Notes: generated by a model from the letters alone, not told the origin. A stretch of 63,945 bases of DNA, filler included, from Thelocarpon superellum (GCA_026025795.1; 3 parts of 3 records of this genome joined end to end with filler, not necessarily neighbours in it); one strand, 5' to 3'. Shown: positions 50,410-63,945, counted from the whole stretch's first letter. Program-made: numbers and translations.

Positions 50410-50509
50410 NNNNNNNNNNNNNNNNNNNNNNNNNNNNNNNNNNNNNNNNNNNNTTAATTAATTAANNNNNNNNNNNNNNNNNNNNNNNNNNNNNNNNNNN
50501 NNNNNNNNN
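50410..50509. other. Artificial contig-joining spacer (N44-TTAATTAATTAA-N44)
   Basis: Same structure as the spacer at 25329. Confidence 0.97.
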
Positions 50510-51409
50510 AGTGGGTGGGCGAGGAGAGTGTATCCACGGAGCACTGTGCGGTACACGTCGAGATGGTCACGGTCTTGCTACAGCAGACTGCAGCGACTGC
50601 AGCATCTGGGGGCCCATGAGTAGTGTCCCTCGTTTGTGTGACATCGATACGAGCGGACGGGCACGTCGTTCTCTGGTCTCTAGTGGTCCCTCGCGTCTCG
50701 CACTCGCTTTTCCTCGCCTGTACTCTTGTCCGCGTCCGCTTCCTCGTCTTCGACCGACGCCATCTTGGTCGGGCCGGAGCATACGGATGGGGGTCATGCT
50801 GCCTCTGTCGCTTCCCGACGAGGAGAGGAGGCGGGTGTGTCCATGCTCCGTGGCGGCTTGGTGTGATCGCCCCGTAGCTCGCCATGATGTGCCGGGTGAA
50901 CGGGCGCCGGCCTAACGATGACCCTCACCTGCCCTGGTCCGGCAGCGTTAGCAGCTCCTTGCACCAGTCGACGGCTGCAGCTCGCCCATGGGTGTGGAGG
51001 CTCATGGGGCCGGTCCACCCTGGGCTCGGCCAGTAAGGGTTCTTGGATGATGTGATGCGTCAGATTGTGAACGCGTGAAATGGCTTGCTTGCCGGACGCT
51101 GGCTGGGTGGGGAGAGACAGGCTACCCGCGCCACCGGACCTTACTGGACGAGAGCCATCCCGGCCGTGCATCACCCTCGGAACGCGTCCTCGTCATTCGC
51201 CCTGAGGCCGGTCTGTGGCGCACCAACGCGATCGTACCATGGTGAGCGCAGGCCGCGGCGGGCCCGAGCGGCGCGAGACCCATCACCACGGATGCAGGTT
51301 TGCTACATTTAGATCCCACACGGATGAGGTAAAGATGACACTTTCTCGCTCAAGCTAGTGTCGCCGGCAATCGAAGACGGCGACGGCAACGCCGCGCCGA
51401 GCGCGGACG

Positions 51410-51470
51410 CGAAAGCGAAAGCGAAAGCGAAAGCGAAACACAAACGCAAACGCAAACGCCAACGCCAATA
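51410..51470. repeat. Compound hexamer microsatellite (GCGAAA)n/(CGCAAA)n
   Basis: Directly visible in intergenic DNA. Confidence 0.85.
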
Positions 51471-52049
51471 CGCAATTCGCTCCCCACCCCCTCCCCTAGG
51501 CCCCAGTCATCCCTTGCCATGCGTGGCGCCGCCCGCGGATGCCAGCTCGGCAGTGTGCCGTGTCTCACACCCACCAATTCTGTTTCTTTCTTAGGTATGA
51601 GTGCCGAGTGACCGACCCGGCCGGCTCCCGACCGGTGGTCCCCGGACCCTGATGGCATGCACCCGACCGAAGGAGATCATGAGCCCCGCGACGTTCCCGG
51701 CGTCGGAGCTACCAAGATACGAAGGCCAACGCGGCATTGATGGAGAAGGTAGGAGAAACCTGAGCGCCAAACATCATGCACGATCGGCAGCCGGGAAGTA
51801 GAAAAAGCACCTTTTCTCGTTCTCGCCTTCTGCCGTCGCGCGCCGGTCGAGGCAATGCCGCACCCACGCCCCCCCCTCCCCCCAGCTGCGAGTAGTCTGG
51901 CCCGGGCAAAGGCCAGTCGCGCGCGGACGCCCGTCCGCATCTTGAAATCGAAAACTTCCCCACGACACGCTAATCACTTTCCCACGCCGCGCCAAGCTGG
52001 ACGGGCCACGAGACCACATGAGGGCCCGCCGCTATAGCGGGGATGCGCA

Positions 52050-53938
52050 TCATTTGGAAACGCCAGCGTGCACTCGTCCGGACGCTCGTCCTCTAGCCCC
52101 TCCTCGTCGGCTGGCTCCAGCGGCACGAAAGAAGGCGACGGCCTCGGCACGCGTCGAGGCAAAGTCGGCTCCCCCACTCGCACTACTGCTTCCAGCACCA
52201 CTCTCGGCCCCCCCGCCCATGAGCAGCGCACTGGCCTCCTCCGTCTTGAAACCCTCGCCCTCGTTGAAGACGGTGCTGTATAATGAGACGAAGGATTGGC
52301 CCCACATCTGCATGGCGTCCAGTCGTTCCGTGGACACCGTGCGCGTTACCTCCACCGTGCCTAACGCCTCATCGATTTTGCCCTCGAATTGACCGTCGAT
52401 GATGAGCAAGCCCAGGATGTCCAGCACCTCTGCCACCGAGATGCATAACTGCTGCGCCACAAAGTCTACCTTGAAGCGCTGATAGGGCGCGATCACCTTG
52501 AGGATGGCTTTGGTGCGCATGTTCCGGGTGACCTCGTCAATGTTCTCCGCGATGAAGGCATCTGCCAGGACGTCTTGCTTGCTCTGCAGGATCGCCTCAT
52601 AGCGATGTATGTCATCCTGCTGATATGCCTCGACAAGCTCTGTCATGGCTGCGATTCGGGGATCATTTCGGTACCTAGACGTCCTCACGGTCAGCGACCT
52701 GGATTGGGCGTGCTGGAGCGATGGAGGAGCTCCCGTACGGCTTGGTCTCTTGCGAGTCAAAGGGATTGATGTCGGACTTCATGAGCATCGTCGTCAACAC
52801 CAGATACTTGAGCACTTGAATGCGCTGCAGCGAGCCGGCCTCATCGTAATTGCGGAACGACTCGAAGAAGTCGCTTTGCGCGTCCTTCCAATTTCCTGGG
52901 GTGCATCAGCCCTGCCTGACCGGGGGATGAGCCGTCCCCCGCACCTTCGCTCATGTGCATCTTGCCGCCGCACTCGCGGATGATGCCCTGGATCTTGGGA
53001 TGAGGTACGGCGGAGCGGACTTTGAGTGCCTTCAGATAGAGAGCCTAGTGCGACGACGATGGCACATCAGCCGTTGCCGCCCGCTCTCAGCCGGCCTCAT
53101 CGTGACTCACCTTGAGACGTTTGTTGTTCTTCGTGTCGGCATGCATCTGGATCTCCAGGGCATACACCTCGAGCGAGTAGGTGCCCTTGCTGGGATCATC
53201 GGATCCATCGGGTCGTTGACATGCCCGGTGTAACTCGCGGAGCTTCTTCCCCAAGCGCGCATAGTCCTTCCGCTCGAGCCATAAGCGCGACAGCTTGATG
53301 TTTGTCTTGAGCCACAGCCGTTCGTTATTCGTGCTCTGGAAGGACTCGAGCGTCAGCGAGTAGAACTTCTCCACGCTGCGCCGTGCCTCTGGATCATCCG
53401 AGCTCTTTTCGATATAGTCGAGCATGTTGTTGATGGACTTTTCCGAGTAGTTGCGGGTGACGGCGGACTTGACATAGGTGAGCAGCTCGGCGTAGTGCTT
53501 GATCGCCTATCGCTGCCGTCAGCTCGGTCTAGGCTGCGTCTCTTTCGGGAGGCGGTGACCTCGTCGTATCGCTTGAGTTTGACCTCCAGCTTGATGGCCT
53601 GCTTGAGACCCTTGAAGCCCCTGCGCAGTCCCGACCGTCAGTGGCATCGTCCCTCCTCCAGCGCGAGGACAGGCTACGCTGACCAGTCACCCTTCTCCTC
53701 CTCCAGCGGCGCTATCCCGAGGAATTCCCCGATTGCCTCTTCGGGGCTGGCCGCCTTGATCTGCTTGGCATTATAGTACTTGTTCTCGATATCGACGTCG
53801 GGGTTGTTTCCTTCATCGTCCTCGTCCTCATACTCGAAGTCATACCTAGTCTCACTTCAGCTACATGGGTCGGCGGCGCCGGCGATGGACCCACTCCTCT
53901 TGATCCGAGTCCTGCATGAAGTCATCGTTGTCAGACAT
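52050..53938 (-). CDS. CSN2: COP9 signalosome subunit 2, 7 exons
   Basis: [71 protein letters not shown] domain. Confidence 0.96.
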
Positions 53939-54354
53939 GTCTCGCCTTGTGCCGGTGGCAACAGTTGATCGCGAGACAGGGTGGCGGTGCCGGGGGAAAG
54001 ATGGTACAGCAAGCGCCCGCGTCGAGCCTTACTCTGGCGATGCAGGAACGAGTGGCTAGAATTCTGAAGCAAAAATGATAGACCGGACGCTGACCCGCGT
54101 GAATAGCTAAAGCCACAAGATGGGTGTTGAGCTCGCCGAAGACGGCTAGGTGGTTTCCCACTGAGGTGGGGCAGCGGCCGATGGCAATGATGACTCAGCC
54201 GAGCCGATCGCCTCAGTGATGACCGGCACGCCAAGTTGCCGCTGGAAGTCAAGATCATCAAGTCGTTTCGACGATGTAGAAGTCGCCATCCAGACCCGTC
54301 CATCATCCTCCTCCGGGTCGCGGGTCTCCGCCATCTCGTCGGTAGCCCTTCACC

Positions 54355-55697
54355 ATGGGTGGCGTAAGTCACGTTGATTTCGTCGCCATCAGGCCCCCGC
54401 GCTAACCCAGACGCAGGATCTCAACCTCAAGAAATCATGGCACCCCGTGCTCATGAGCAATCAGCGGCGGGTATGGGAGGAGGAGAAGAAAGCGCTGGAC
54501 GAGCGCAAGCGCATCGACCAAATGAAAAAGGAGCGGGCGGAAGAGCGACAGATCCAAGAGCTACAACAGATGCAGGAGGCCGCTGGTGGCACGAAACAAA
54601 TCGATCGGGTGCAGTGGATGTATTCCGGGCCGTCCAGCGGACAGACTGGGACGACGGAGGAGATGGAGGGATACTTACTGGGAAAGCGACGGGTCGATGG
54701 GCTTCTGACGGGGACGGAACACAAGAAGCTGGAGAAGGCGGCGACGCAAGAGTCTTTCCTAGCGGCGCAGAACGCCAATACTCTCCGGGACACGGCTGCC
54801 AAGATCCGCGATGATCCGCTGCTGGCCATCAAGAAGCAGGAGCAGGCGGCCTACGAGGCGATGATGAATGACCCCGTGCGACGACGACAGCTGCTCAAAG
54901 CGGCTGGTGCAGGCGACGAGAAGCTTGAGAAGCCTGCGAAGAGCAAGGACCGGGACCGACATCACCATCGCAGCCACAAGCGCCAGCGGAGAGATGATGA
55001 CGATGATGGCTATGACCGCCGTCGTCATGACCGCTCGCACCGGCGACACTCTGCGCGACCACGTTCATCTGACTCCCGATCACCGTCGCCACGTCGTCGA
55101 CGAAGCGGACCAGAGGAGCATCGCTTCCGAGAGCCTCATTCCTCCTCCCACCGACGGGCCCGCTATCGATCGCGATCACCCCGACGGCGATCACCTTCAC
55201 CTCGCCACCGGCGCTCGATGCGCTCTCCCCCCCATCAGGCCCGCCGGTCTCCATCCATCTCCCCACGCCCATCCGACTCCCGCTCACACCAACGCTCGCC
55301 CTCACATCGACGCTCCATTGAACGACCTACGTCCGATGCTCGCGCCCGCAATCACGCCCGTCCTAAGGACCACGAAGCCCGCCCCGACCGTGCTCCGGCG
55401 ACGACCCTCCCCGCCTCCTCTGATTCTACCACGGCGGCGACGGCGGCGGCCAAACTAGCGGCAATGCAAGCAGATGCGTCGGCCCTCGATGCCGACCGCG
55501 AGCGACGGCTCGCCGCGTTAGCCGAACGCGAACGCGCAGAGCACGAGGCGGACCAGGCAGCGCGCTTACGTTCGTCGAAAGTGGGGGGCCGGGGTGACTT
55601 CGTCATGGGCTTGAATCGCAAGGCCGGCGACCTGGACCTGGCGGAGCGGGTCAAGAGGGGCCGGGGCGCGTTGCTCAGCGTAGCGGATGATGGATAG
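54355..55697 (+). CDS. CWC25: Pre-mRNA splicing factor Cwc25, 2 exons
   Basis: 9-nt first exon; [40 protein letters not shown]-rich tail. Confidence 0.93.
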
Positions 55698-56861
55698 CTG
55701 GAGAGCTGGATTGCCTCTGATCACGGCCACGATAGCAAGGACACATTGGGCGGGATACAATAGTGAATACTGAACGAGAACGAGTGAAGGAGGGAAACTC
55801 CACCTGATCTACCGGGACGTCGGACCAGATCTGGAGACATGGCCCCTTTCAAATTGACGTTCACCGCCAGGCTTTTCTATGAGATATTACAGTATGGAGA
55901 TCTCGACTGGGAGAGCGTATCAGATCCGCGACTGAATGGCATGAGATGGGACATCATGGTCTGTCACGGTAGGTATAGGGTGTGCAGCGTAGACGTGCAC
56001 TGGCTAGATATCAGGGATGCATGGGTCAATCAATGAGCTTCCGTCCCGGACGAGGCTTGCATGGCCACATGTACCCCGCCCGAGATGGTACCGCGCTGCG
56101 CCAGTGAAGGCCACGCATCTCGCCCTGGATGTGAGGTTTGTGTAGCCAACGAAGAAGCGGGTCAGAGAGTGATTGGTCAAGCGATCTTCGTTGGGCGTTC
56201 TTCTCGCACCAGGACTAGGGTGGAGCAGAGAACGGCCTAACGGGAGAGGCTTTCTTGCCGGGAGAGCAGGGTACGGTCAGGCAAGGCAAGTGAGGTGTGA
56301 AGTAACGTCATCGGCTCCTTGCCCTGCCACGTTACAGGTATGTTAGTACCTACAGCTTGGTACGGAGGCACGGATGGCTTCGTTACCCCGGTACGAGGGC
56401 TCGTACCTCGCACCCTGCTGGTGCCGCTCCAGGTAGGTCGGTGGCTTGGTCGCTCGGTAAGTCACCCTCTCACTCGGCAGTCAGAGCCACAATTAGTGGC
56501 GGATAGTGGGGGATTTGGGTGAGTCGGCTACGCAGAAGTCATCGTACGGTACGAAGTACCAGCAGCCAGCTGCTCTTAGGCGGCAATCCTTCTGCGCCCC
56601 GGTCATTGATCGGCTCTAGCCGGATGGATTCAAAGCCGGTAATGGTGCTGGTGGCAGGCCCATGATCTTGCTCTCCATTGACTCCACTCCACCGGCCCCC
56701 GTCCGCGCACTTTGCGTCCCTTACGTTCCCGGTGCTTGGCCTCCCCCCAGATCGATCGTCCAATTCTCCCACGGTCGCATCTCTCGGCGTTGTCCTTCGT
56801 GCGCCGACCACGTCGCGCCGATCGCGCCGATCGCGCCAATCGCGGGCACGACAGCATCATC

Positions 56862-58024
56862 ATGCCCCTCTGCGGCGGCAACAAGACCGTCCAGCGCAAG
56901 CTGGTTCTCTTGTGCGTGCATCGACGAGCTGCGGCATGGCTCGCGCCGAGAAGCTAACACACCGCCAGAGGAGACGGCGCATGTGGCAAGACGTCCTTAC
57001 TGAATGTCTTCACGCGAGGGTACGCTTCCCGGCCGTCGCCAGAGGGCGCCTCATCGGCTGACGCAATGCCCACCTCCACAGCTACTTTCCCACCGTCTAG
57101 TGAGTGCCTGCGCTGCTGCTGCTGCTATGGCTGCTGCCCGTCGTGGCGCGACTGACCTCCCTGGCCGATGCACAGCGAGCCGACCGTATTTGGTGCGTCC
57201 ATTCTCCATCTTGGATTGGGCGCGAGCGCTAACGGACGACAGAGAACTACGTCCATGGTCGGTTCTCACCCCGTCTCAGCCCAGGGCCGTAGCTCACCGG
57301 CGCAGATATCTTCGTGGACAATGTCCACATCGAGCTCAGCCTCTGGGACACGGCGGGGCAGGAGGAATTCGACCGACTACGATCGCTATCTTATGACGAT
57401 ACGCACGCCATCATGCTCTGCTTCAGTGTGCGTGGTCCAAGGCCGGCCAGAGGGACGCGCGGGTGCTGATGGGTGCGCGATGCAGGTCGACTCCAAGGAC
57501 TCGTTGGAGAACATTGAATCGAAATGGGTGGGCGAGATCGCGGAAAACTGCGCCGGCGTGAAGCTGGTCTTGGTGGCGCTCAAGTGTGACCTGCGGGAGA
57601 AGCACAGCGACGACGACGACGAACTGCAGCATGGCGCGAACGGGTCACGGAGAGAAGAGAAGGACATGATTGATTACCAACAGGGCTTGGAGGTGGCGCG
57701 TCGGATACAGGTATGCATCCAAGTGCCTCCTCCATCGGCGCCTCTACTCACCCTGTGTCTCGGAGCCAGGCGTTGCGATACCTTGGTACGTTGTAACATG
57801 TTCGCCCTCGCCCCCACTCCCGCTCACAACCTCCCTACAGAATGTTCGGCCATGCGCAACCGAGGCGTCAACGAGGTCCGTGGGCGGCCTGCGCCATGAA
57901 GACGTGCTTCCCTGCTGACGGCAGATAGGCCTTCACTGAGGCTGCCCGAGTGGCCTTATCCGTCAAAGGCCCGTCGAACGGGACGGGCAAGGGTAGCCGC
58001 GCAAGCAAATGCGTCGTGATGTGA
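56862..58024 (+). CDS. RHO3: Rho3 small GTPase, 10 exons
   Basis: Manual splicing gives [86 protein letters not shown] (CAAX). Confidence 0.95.
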
Positions 58025-58583
58025 CCAACTTCCCTCGTCCATCCCCCTTGCTGAACCCAATCTCTTCCTCATCTGCCCGTGACTCGGCATATCATCATCA
58101 CTATCACCTACTTGGACCTTGGGCAAGATTTTTCGCGATGCGTACCTGCTGGAATCTGTGCGCGTCCATTGAGTCATGAGAGCCTCCTTCCGCGTCGTTG
58201 CCACCGCTTGGGCATTGTCTGGTCTGTTTCTGTGGCGAAAGATTTCCCCAGATTTGGATGGCTGGATTCTGCGGCACGTCCAGCTCCACTTGGGCCAAGA
58301 TATTTAGTCGCCATCCATGGTCACGAATTTCGTTGGTGGTGTACATTATCCATTTCGCGCCTAGAATCTTGCGGACCGCCATGCTGAGCCACCTGGTTCC
58401 GACGTGAGGCTTGCCCGTGTTGCAATACCAACCGAAGACCAGAGGGTCGCCCGGGTCGAAATGCATCAGTCGATGAGTAGATCAGTAGATTACAGGACGC
58501 CTCTGCATGCAGGTACTGGCCCAGAATTTCACCCCTTTCCTTCCGTCCCCATCGACACTTTGGATCCGTTTGCACGCGACCCA

Positions 58584-59168
58584 TCATTGTCCCTCGCTCC
58601 CTGTCCGTGGATAGTGCCGTGGCACAATCACGGGTCGTCCCCGGGTCTGTGAGTAGGCCTGAAGCGCCATGGCCGAGCTATCGGTGCGAATGGCGCTACC
58701 AATGGACATGAAGAAGCTGTGCCGCCCCGGCGGTTAGTGACGACGCCTCTCGTGCGCGCGTGAGAGACCCACCCAAAGGTACACGCAGAACCCAGCATAT
58801 ACTGTCCCAGCGTCCGCATCAATCCATTGGGCCCGGCGCCGAACCGGGCGATGTTATATCCGCCTACGTGCTCGGCATTAGTACGTTGTCGGGTGGATTC
58901 AGCGCCGCGAAGGTACCGAAGATGAAGCCAATGATCAGTCCCACCGCTGAAGGCGCGAGTCAGTACACGGGGTACTCGTGGGGTAGGGCAGTCCGAAACG
59001 ACGTACAGCCACCCATCATCGCACCCATCTTGACTGTAAGAAGGTTAGAGAAGCCTTGCATGAGGTATTGGCCTGGAGAGGCCCAGAGGGCTCCAGGGGA
59101 GACGCACGCTTGTCGGTCAAGGATGGGCCATGTGAGCCTCGGCTCGGTCCACTCGGCATCGGTGGCAT
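58584..59168 (-). CDS. MGR2: Mgr2/Romo1 (TIM23 complex subunit), multi-exon
   Basis: GPSLTDK|LKMGAMMGG, VGLIIGFIFG, LGQYMLGSACTFG|FFMSIGSAIRTD. Confidence 0.9.
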
Positions 59169-60386
59169 CGTGAGAAGGGACAGCGGGCACCTTTTGGGCA
59201 AGAGGGCATGAAGGTGAGCTTTGATGCCAGAGAGAAGTGAGCCATCCCCATCATTGGCATATGGTCGGCAGCAATGACGCGGTGACGCTCTGTCGTGTGC
59301 CGTACTTGGAGAGATATGCTACGGGCGCCGTGAATGCTCTCCACTGCCCGGGTCGGGTCGGCAGGTACGGTGATTGTGGCACGACGGCAGAGCGGCACCG
59401 CCCGGCTTGCTGATGCAACACGTACTGACCCTCTTCGCTCGGCCTACGCTGCCCGCCGGCTGCACCTCCTGGGCACGCCGCGTCGTCCTGGCCCAAGGAC
59501 GAGTACTTGTCGACGGCCAGGCACGTGACCAATGGGTTGTCGTTCACGACCACGGACACCACGACCGTGTTAAAGTGCATGGCGACATCTCTTGCACGAA
59601 GGATGTTTCTGGCTCAGGTGAGCCAAAGGAGAGTCCTTCATCGACGACTGACCTAATCTAAAGCCGTTGATGCGAGGTTTCGGGTGATTCCTCCCAGTGT
59701 CGCCGAGGACCAACATGGTATTTCGTCCTCTCGCGTGGACCAGTGGGGAGGCCCGGGTCGGTAGGTTGGATGGTACTCGTGTTAGTCTCAGTTTGCACGG
59801 CGCGCGCGTAGTTGTACCAAGTACTTCGCACTAGGTGCTGGGCGCTGGTCCTACTATCGTAGTACGATACTACTGGGTCCATCCTCCCAGTGCACCGCTT
59901 TCCACCACCTAAACCCTTCCAGGGCAAGCGACGTCCTCACCCCGATCGAATCGCTGCAATCGCTGGCTGCCGAACATCGTAGTCGTCACGCCCCTCGCAT
60001 CTTCTCGCATCTCTGGCACAAACACGCTTTCTCCTCCGGGCCCACTTTGCTGCATCCATCTGCCCGGCACGACAAAGGCTCGCTCGTGCAGCCTCCATCC
60101 CTCCCTGACGCCGCCCGTCGCCCACCGCTATCTCCCGACTGTTGCATTGGCATCGCGTCGACGTGCTGCCATCCTCTCCCGTCGGCGTCTCCGCCGCCAT
60201 CCCTCTGGCGCCGGCACTGCCTCCTCTCACGCCGACTGGGCCCTCGTCGTGCCCCATCGCCGCTCCTCTCCCTGTCCCGGCAGCAGGAGCGTGGGCCGCG
60301 TCGCCCCCGATGAGAGAGCGATCGTCGCGCGAGCCATCGTCCGACCGAGTCCCTCGACTCTCTCCTTCTCGGTCGCCGTGGAAGAT

Positions 60387-60427
60387 CATCGTGCAGGTCA
60401 TCGTGCAGGTCATCGTGCAGGTCATCG
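60387..60427. repeat. 12-bp tandem repeat (CATCGTGCAGGT)x3
   Basis: Three exact copies upstream of the VPS64 ATG. Confidence 0.9.
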
Positions 60428-60474
60428 CACCCGAGACCCGAGTCTGGCCCTCCGGCTCGTGACACGCCTTCCCG

Positions 60475-62813
60475 ATGACGGCCGTCGCGCCTCCGCCCAG
60501 CTTTCCGCCTCTGCCTCGCTCGACATGGAGCGCGGCTAATGGCAGCGAGAGCGGATTGAATGCTATGAGTACCGAGGACGTCTCCCGCATGTTCATGCCC
60601 CGGAAGAGCGTGCCGCGCAACAACTCCTCGTCGTCCCTCGCCTCCACCTCCTCCACCGCCACCATCACCAACCCGGCGCCCCAGCCGAACGGCGTCCTGC
60701 CCCCCGTCGCTGGCACCGACCTGACGGGCCGGGCCGGGCGAAAGAAGCCCACGCGGGGCTTGTGGGCCTCGTCCAAGACCGATCCCGCCACCAGCATGGC
60801 CCCGGTCCGCTCTCACGCCGTCGCCACGGCCGGCTCCGCGACCGCGACCGCCATGTCGCCCTTGCACAACCCCTCCCCCATACTCCCTTCCCAACACATG
60901 TTGCAAGGCGGCCAAGCCACCAACGGCGTGCGCGCCAACGGGACCGTCTCCCACGGAGAGAACAATGCGGTCTTGTCCTTGCTACCCATGAATGGCACCT
61001 TTGAGCGGAAGACCATCGGGGTGCCCCTGTTCCCCGACGTCCTTCGCATCGGCCGACAGACCAACGCCAAGACGCTGCCTACCCCGATGAATGGCTTCTT
61101 CGATTCCAAGGTCCTCTCACGGCAGCATGCCGAGATCTGGTCGGACCGCCAAGGGAAGATCTGGATCCGCGATGTCAAGTCGTCCAACGGCACGTTTGTC
61201 AACGGCAAGCGTCTCTCGGGCGAGAATCGGGATTCGGAACCGCATGAGCTGCATGAATCGGATACGCTGGAGTTGGGCATCGACATCGTCAGTGAAGACC
61301 AGAAGACCGTGGTCCACCACAAGGTCGCTGCCAAGGTCGAGCATGCCGGCTTCTTGCCCAACAATCCCAACGTGCTCGACCTCAATTTCGGTGATATCGA
61401 CTCGCCCTCTTACCCCCAGAGCCCCTCCCAGACCCGGGGTCGATCCGGAAGTGCCGGGTCGGTGGGGAGTGCCGGGCGGCTCAGCAACACGGCCAGTGTG
61501 GCCGGAAGCAATATGATTGGCGGAGGACCATCGAAACATACCAACTTCTGGCTCACCCCTGTCACCATGGAACAGATTGTGAACCGCTTGTCGGTATGTG
61601 GAAGGCAGCTGGCCTGTCTTGACCCGCGTGCTAACATTCGACGCAGAGCGAGTTGCGGCAAGCGCGACAGCAGTCGCTTGATTTGCAACGCACTGGCGAC
61701 TTCTTCGATGCCTTGCTCACCCACGGCGGCCTTCCGGAGGAAGAGGCTGGCCCCGCACCCGAGCCAGCGAATAGCCCCCAGGCGAATGGAGACGCCGTCG
61801 TCCCCAGCCAGCGCGCCCGCTTCTCCGATCCGCCGGCGCCTCCACCGCAGCAACCGCTCCCGGAGAAGCCTGATAGCGTCCGGGGGCAGCCGTTGGAGTC
61901 TCCGCCACAACCGGTCCTGAAGCGGACCGATACCGAGCGACCGCTCACGCACACGCGCGCTAGCCCTTCCCCACTCATGGCGGATTCGCCCACGCAGATC
62001 CTCTCCCTGATGGATGCGCTGGGCTCGGCACGGGACGAGCTCAAATCACAGAGTGTCCGGCTACAGAGCCTGGAGGATCTGCTGCAGGAGGAACGTACGG
62101 CCCGAGCGGCGGCCGAGGCTCGATGTGAACAACTGCAGAAAGAGAAGGAGATCCTGGCCGGCGATGGCGGCGATCGATACGCCGTCTTGGACGCATATGC
62201 AGCCTTGCAGAAGGCCAAGGACGATGAGGGCAGGGCTGATGGGGCCGCGGTCGATGATGGGTCCGACAAGGAGGCGCCCAAGCCCGCATCTCCGGCCAAA
62301 GCCACGGAGGTGGAGCAGGCGGAGGAATCCGCGGCCCGATTACAACAGCGACTCGACTTGATGATGACGGAGATGCGGGAGATGAGTAGCGTGGTGGAGA
62401 GGTACAAACGCCGCGCCGAGGCTGCGGAGGAGGAGAGCGCGTTGACGCGCAAGACGCTGGCGGAGATGGTGGAGAAGATCCGCCGAGACGACGTGGAGCG
62501 CAGCAGCGCGACACGGCGGTACCCACACGCGCACGGCGACCACGGCTCGACGGACTCTGGCGTCACCAAGCTCTCGTTGAGGACGGTGGTGCCGGAAGAT
62601 GGGGCGGGGGAGAACGGCTTACCGAATGGCAAGTCTTTGACTCCCGTCGAGGTGGCCGCCCTCGAACACGCCGTGACGGCGGCACTGGCACAGTCGCGCC
62701 GGCGACAGGACCAGCTTCTTCAGTCGGCTCCCTACGCATCCATCCTGGGCGTGGTCATCCTGGGGATGGGTGTCATGGCATTTCTCAACGGATGGCAAAA
62801 GGTGGATCGATAG
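60475..62813 (+). CDS. VPS64: FHA + coiled-coil + C-terminal TM protein (Vps64/Far9/SLMAP, STRIPAK subunit), 2 exons
   Basis: FHA motifs RIGRQT, FDSKVLSRQHAEI, DVKSSNGTFVNG; intron 61594-61646; tail anchor PYASILGVVILGMGVMAFLNGW. Confidence 0.92.
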
Positions 62814-63727
62814 GATTGCATTTGTTTTGTCCGTCCGCCTCCTCGACTTGACCTCGACGCTCGATACCCGATCCCGGCACATCACTCTCGGTCTCACACC
62901 TCGGTCTCACACCTCGGTCTTCCGTTGTCGGCCAGCTAGACACAACAGGCACCGTACTCGTAAATAGCGGCGCGGAGCATCTGATCATGATGGCGTTAGA
63001 AGGACCCAAGGAGGGTCTCATGGGGGAGATCTATGCGCACTGTTATGTCTGCCTTTCTCTCTCCGTGCGTTGAATGAGCACAAGCACTATCACCTGATCG
63101 CATCTATCGTGCAGCGACTCATTTGCTTGCTTCCTCTACACGGGTACGGCTATGGGAAGTCGATGACGTGTGCCGACACTCTTCGCGTCTCCATCTATCC
63201 ACATCTCGAACTGCTCTATAAAGCGCATACATGTACGAGACACACTCATTCACTCTCCTATCCTTTCTTTCTTTCCTAGGCTATGAAACAAGACAACACA
63301 CCGCAGTATCGCAGTACCGCAGTACGTTTACCTCATGTCTTGTCGGAGGTCCTGTATATATTTGCAATGAAGATAAACGGGGATGAGAGTAGTACATCAG
63401 TATGATGAAGATGCACGTCAATAGTACTGTAGTACGTTGGAAGCGATCGGGTGGCATGGCATGACATGGATGGTATGAATGGTATGAACGGTAGAAGGTA
63501 GAGCAACCCATCGCTGACCCATTCTATTCTGTTCTACTCTGATCTAACGTTGGGATCCAGGCGTCAACGCGAGGTACGCCCTATTCCTATTGTTAGGTGT
63601 ATGTCTCTTTCTCATACTGTGAGGACGTAGTACGTGGGGGTTAGGGAGCGCGTACCTTTCTCTCTCTCTCTCTGTTGATTGGGGGATCTTGAGTTGGAGC
63701 TGATGGGTAGGTGGGTGTTGGCCTTCA

Positions 63728-63777
63728 CGAGGACGACGAGGACGACGAGGACGACGAGGACGACGAGGACGACGAGG
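63728..63777. repeat. 9-bp tandem repeat (CGAGGACGA)x5
   Basis: Directly visible; a pyrimidine-rich repeat tract follows at ~63885-63945. Confidence 0.9.
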
Positions 63778-63945
63778 CCAAGGGCAGGTCGTAATTGTCA
63801 TGCAGTGCTCGCGCACGCTCCCTTATCGTAATGTGATGACCACTTCAATCACACTGACCATTCGGATTCGAGCTTCTGGTAGCTCTTCTTCTTCTCTTTC
63901 TTCCTCTTCTCTTTCCTCTTCTCTTTCCTCTTCTTCTTCTTCTTC

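Noticed and set aside
50510..52040. Short ORFs as a gene or as the 5' part of the ASXH gene
   Set aside because: No recognisable domain or consistent splice pattern, and separated from the ASXH gene by an artificial join.
59251..59661. Overlapping ~100-aa ORFs between MGR2 and VPS64
   Set aside because: No motifs; consistent with chance ORFs in a GC-rich promoter region.
63840..63945. Glu- or Lys/Arg-rich minus-strand frame at the window edge
   Set aside because: Could be a gene 3' end, but it is low-complexity and too short to call.

Overview
GC-rich, gene-dense eukaryotic DNA from a filamentous ascomycete (Pezizomycotina-type proteins; short GT-AG introns with CTRAC branch points). The window is three separate contig pieces (1-25328, 25429-50409, 50510-63945) joined by two artificial 100-nt N-spacers carrying TTAATTAATTAA, so gene order across those joins is not evidence of linkage. 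I can support 28 protein-coding genes, mostly housekeeping (COG2, MRPL1, GUS1, a Ulp2-like SUMO protease, class II eIF4E, LYS4, SER1, CRT10, CAX4, ITT1, CWH41, SNRNP27, ELP5, CSN2, CWC25, RHO3, MGR2, VPS64/FAR9). I found no tRNA, rRNA, CRISPR array or transposase. The most unusual items are: (1) an FMO1-like monooxygenase that continues with no stop into a ~375-aa tail with a basic NLS-like motif and coiled coil, an apparent gene fusion; (2) a fungal NLR (HeLo-like/NACHT/ankyrin) with seven near-identical ankyrin repeats that vary at fixed positions; (3) an ASXH/DEUBAD protein with a C-terminal domain resembling RAMA; (4) a 13-bp duplication that appears to truncate the SUMO protease; (5) a Rho3 gene split into micro-exons; (6) an unrecognised membrane-anchored protein with internal repeats. 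All family calls come from motif recognition by eye, not database searches, and exon boundaries were read manually. I do not see a clear multi-gene novel system.
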